The position numbers and the translations under genes are program-made. DNA of 64,000 nt from a virus. Taxonomy: Duplodnaviria; Heunggongvirae; Uroviricota; Caudoviricetes. The stretch covers positions 26,956-90,955 of the IMG/VR virus record IMGVR_UViG_3300013104_000003. One strand, given 5' to 3'. Shown one piece after another: positions 62,684-64,000 of this stretch; within the stretch, counting starts at the first letter, position 1, and the number at the start of each line of letters is the position of its first letter. The notes below the pieces were generated by a model, which did not search any database, was not told the DNA's origin, and was given only the letters and a program-made list of their open reading frames with translations.

Positions 62684-64000
62684 TATTTACCTTCCTTATT
62701 ATATTTAGCTTTAGCTGCTTTCAGAGTGAGGTCTTCACTGGAAGCTTGGGTGGTTTGTTCAACTTCGGAACCTTGATCGCCAAGCTCTGTGAACAGATCG
62801 CTAGCTTCAAGTTGTTGCTTCTGAAGGCCATAACCTGCCAGAACAACGGAGAAAGCTTCATCATCAAGAGAAGCCAAGGCAGCACTAACGCTGTCCACTT
62901 TATCGGCTGCCATTACACCAGCCAATTTTTCTTTACGAGCATTCAGTTTGGTAACTTCAGCTTCTTGTTTCATCTGAGCAATTTGACCGAGAGCTTCAGT
63001 CAGAGCAGTTTCTTTTTCAGAAAACTGACCTTGCAATGCAGCAAATGCTTCTTTAACAGAGGAGAACTCTGCAAGTTGCTCTTGAGCAGCAGCCAGTTGA
63101 GTTTGCATTTCAGCAAGTTGAGACATCTCTAGAGTTTCCTCGTTAGCGGTTTTACTAAATTTAAAAATACGATTACTCATCGAACTTCCTTCTTTATTGT
63201 TTTGGGCTTCACCCGATAGGTAAGAATAGAATTCTTCTTGTGTCATTACCTGATCAGCTAGGCCCAAGGCAATTGCATCTTCTGCAAGGAAGGTGTTTGC
63301 TTGAGTGTTCCTAACTGCTTCCACTGAAATGTTACGGTGTTCAGCAACATACTCTGTGAAATCTTTGTAGAGAGCATCTACTTTATATTGAAGATCATCC
63401 AAGAACTCTTTACGGAAAGATCCATCTTCTGCAAATGGGATTTTCTCAGTACCCGCTGAGATGAAGCTACGTTCATAGCCTTCCATTTCCAACGCTTTGG
63501 AATCATTCATCAACCGAATCAATACACCAATAGAACCAATTTCAGAATTCTTGTTGGTAATGATTTCATCGGAGATTGCAGTAAGGCCATAAGCAGCAGA
63601 GGCGGACAAACCATCAACGTAAGAGATGATCTTTACACCATTCTCATCCGCCAACTTACGCAGATAATTACCCGTGTCCATCATCCCATACGCTTCACCA
63701 CCACCAGACTCAACCATAAAGGCTACAGTCTTGACACCTTCTTCAAGGAGGGCTTCAAAGTCTTCTTTGATACTTTCGTAAGAAGTTCCACCACAAAATG
63801 CTTCCCATCCAGTGGACTTATTGGTAAGTGGTCCCGAGATGTGGATAACACCAAGATTTGATTCTTGATAGTGGAGGGTGCTGTACATTGAGAATTCATT
63901 GTCAGCTTTTGGTGTTACATCAACAGTACCTTCACAACGCTTATCTACATAGTTAAGAATAGATTCAAAACTTTTAGAGTCCACTAGCAAAGGAGTGTCG
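62683..64000 (-). CDS. Prohead protease (S49/ClpP-like) fused to a scaffold-like coiled-coil domain. Possibly truncated at the window edge.
   Basis: S49 motif ESGGGEAYGMMDTGNYLRK..YVDGLSASAAYGLTAI. The C-terminal A/E/Q-rich coiled-coil is scaffold-like. The listed start is a TTG at 63988-63990 with no RBS. The frame is still open at 64000. Confidence 0.6.
   Translation of the reverse strand, partial: DTPLLVDSKSFESILNYVDKRCEGTVDVTPKADNEFSMYSTLHYQESNLGVIHISGPLTNKSTGWEAFCGGTSYESIKEDFEALLEEGVKTVAFMVESGGGEAYGMMDTGNYLRKLADENGVKIISYVDGLSASAAYGLTAISDEIITNKNSEIGSIGVLIRLMNDSKALEMEGYERSFISAGTEKIPFAEDGSFRKEFLDDLQYKVDALYKDFTEYVAEHRNISVEAVRNTQANTFLAEDAIALGLADQVMTQEEFYSYLSGEAQNNKEGSSMSNRIFKFSKTANEETLEMSQLAEMQTQLAAAQEQLAEFSSVKEAFAALQGQFSEKETALTEALGQIAQMKQEAEVTKLNARKEKLAGVMAADKVDSVSAALASLDDEAFSVVLAGYGLQKQQLEASDLFTELGDQGSEVEQTTQASSEDLTLKAAKAKYNKEGK

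Overview
This 64 kb window is a contiguous piece of a tailed dsDNA phage genome (AT-rich, roughly 40% GC by eye), with no sign of host chromosome. The spanin pair carrying a lipobox suggests a Gram-negative host. It has three transcriptional blocks. Block 1 (about 937-19890, minus strand) is an early/host-takeover region of more than 50 small, tightly packed ORFs that mostly lack recognisable motifs and include several paralog families. It has consensus sigma70-like promoters (TTGACA-N17-TAnnnT) on the minus strand, an early lipoprotein, a sharply GC-rich moron at 10953-11468, and a 440-aa protein (17614-18936) carrying the full motif set of a family-A polymerase palm. Block 2 (20059-43204, plus strand) is a replication and nucleotide-metabolism module. 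It encodes a T7 gp4-like primase-helicase, a compact family-B DNA polymerase with a free-standing HNH gene at its 3' end, a gp2.5-like SSB, a FEN/RNase H-like 5'-3' exonuclease, a DnaQ-like exonuclease, an NT5C-like nucleotidase, a ThyX thymidylate synthase, class I ribonucleotide reductase beta and alpha subunits, and an endonuclease VII-like protein. It ends with a run of small membrane proteins and an SPFH/band-7 lipoprotein. Block 3 (43298 to the window end, minus strand) is the late region. It holds a lysis cassette (muramidase-type endolysin, holin, overlapping i-/o-spanins) and a Mu/P2-like contractile-tail and head module. The module runs baseplate, spike, hub, tape measure, frameshifted assembly chaperone, three tandem tube-like paralogs, sheath, neck proteins, major capsid, a decoration-like protein and an S49 protease-scaffold fusion. 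The most notable observations are: the extra minimal Pol-A-like polymerase; a tape-measure gene apparently split by a 1.1 kb insertion carrying an HNH homing endonuclease, likely a group I intron; a predicted -1 frameshift in the tail chaperone; the triplicated tube gene; an NTase-fold protein; the SPFH lipoprotein and membrane cluster; and the GC-rich moron. No tRNA, rRNA or CRISPR array was recognised by eye. All functional calls are based on motif inspection, not database searches.
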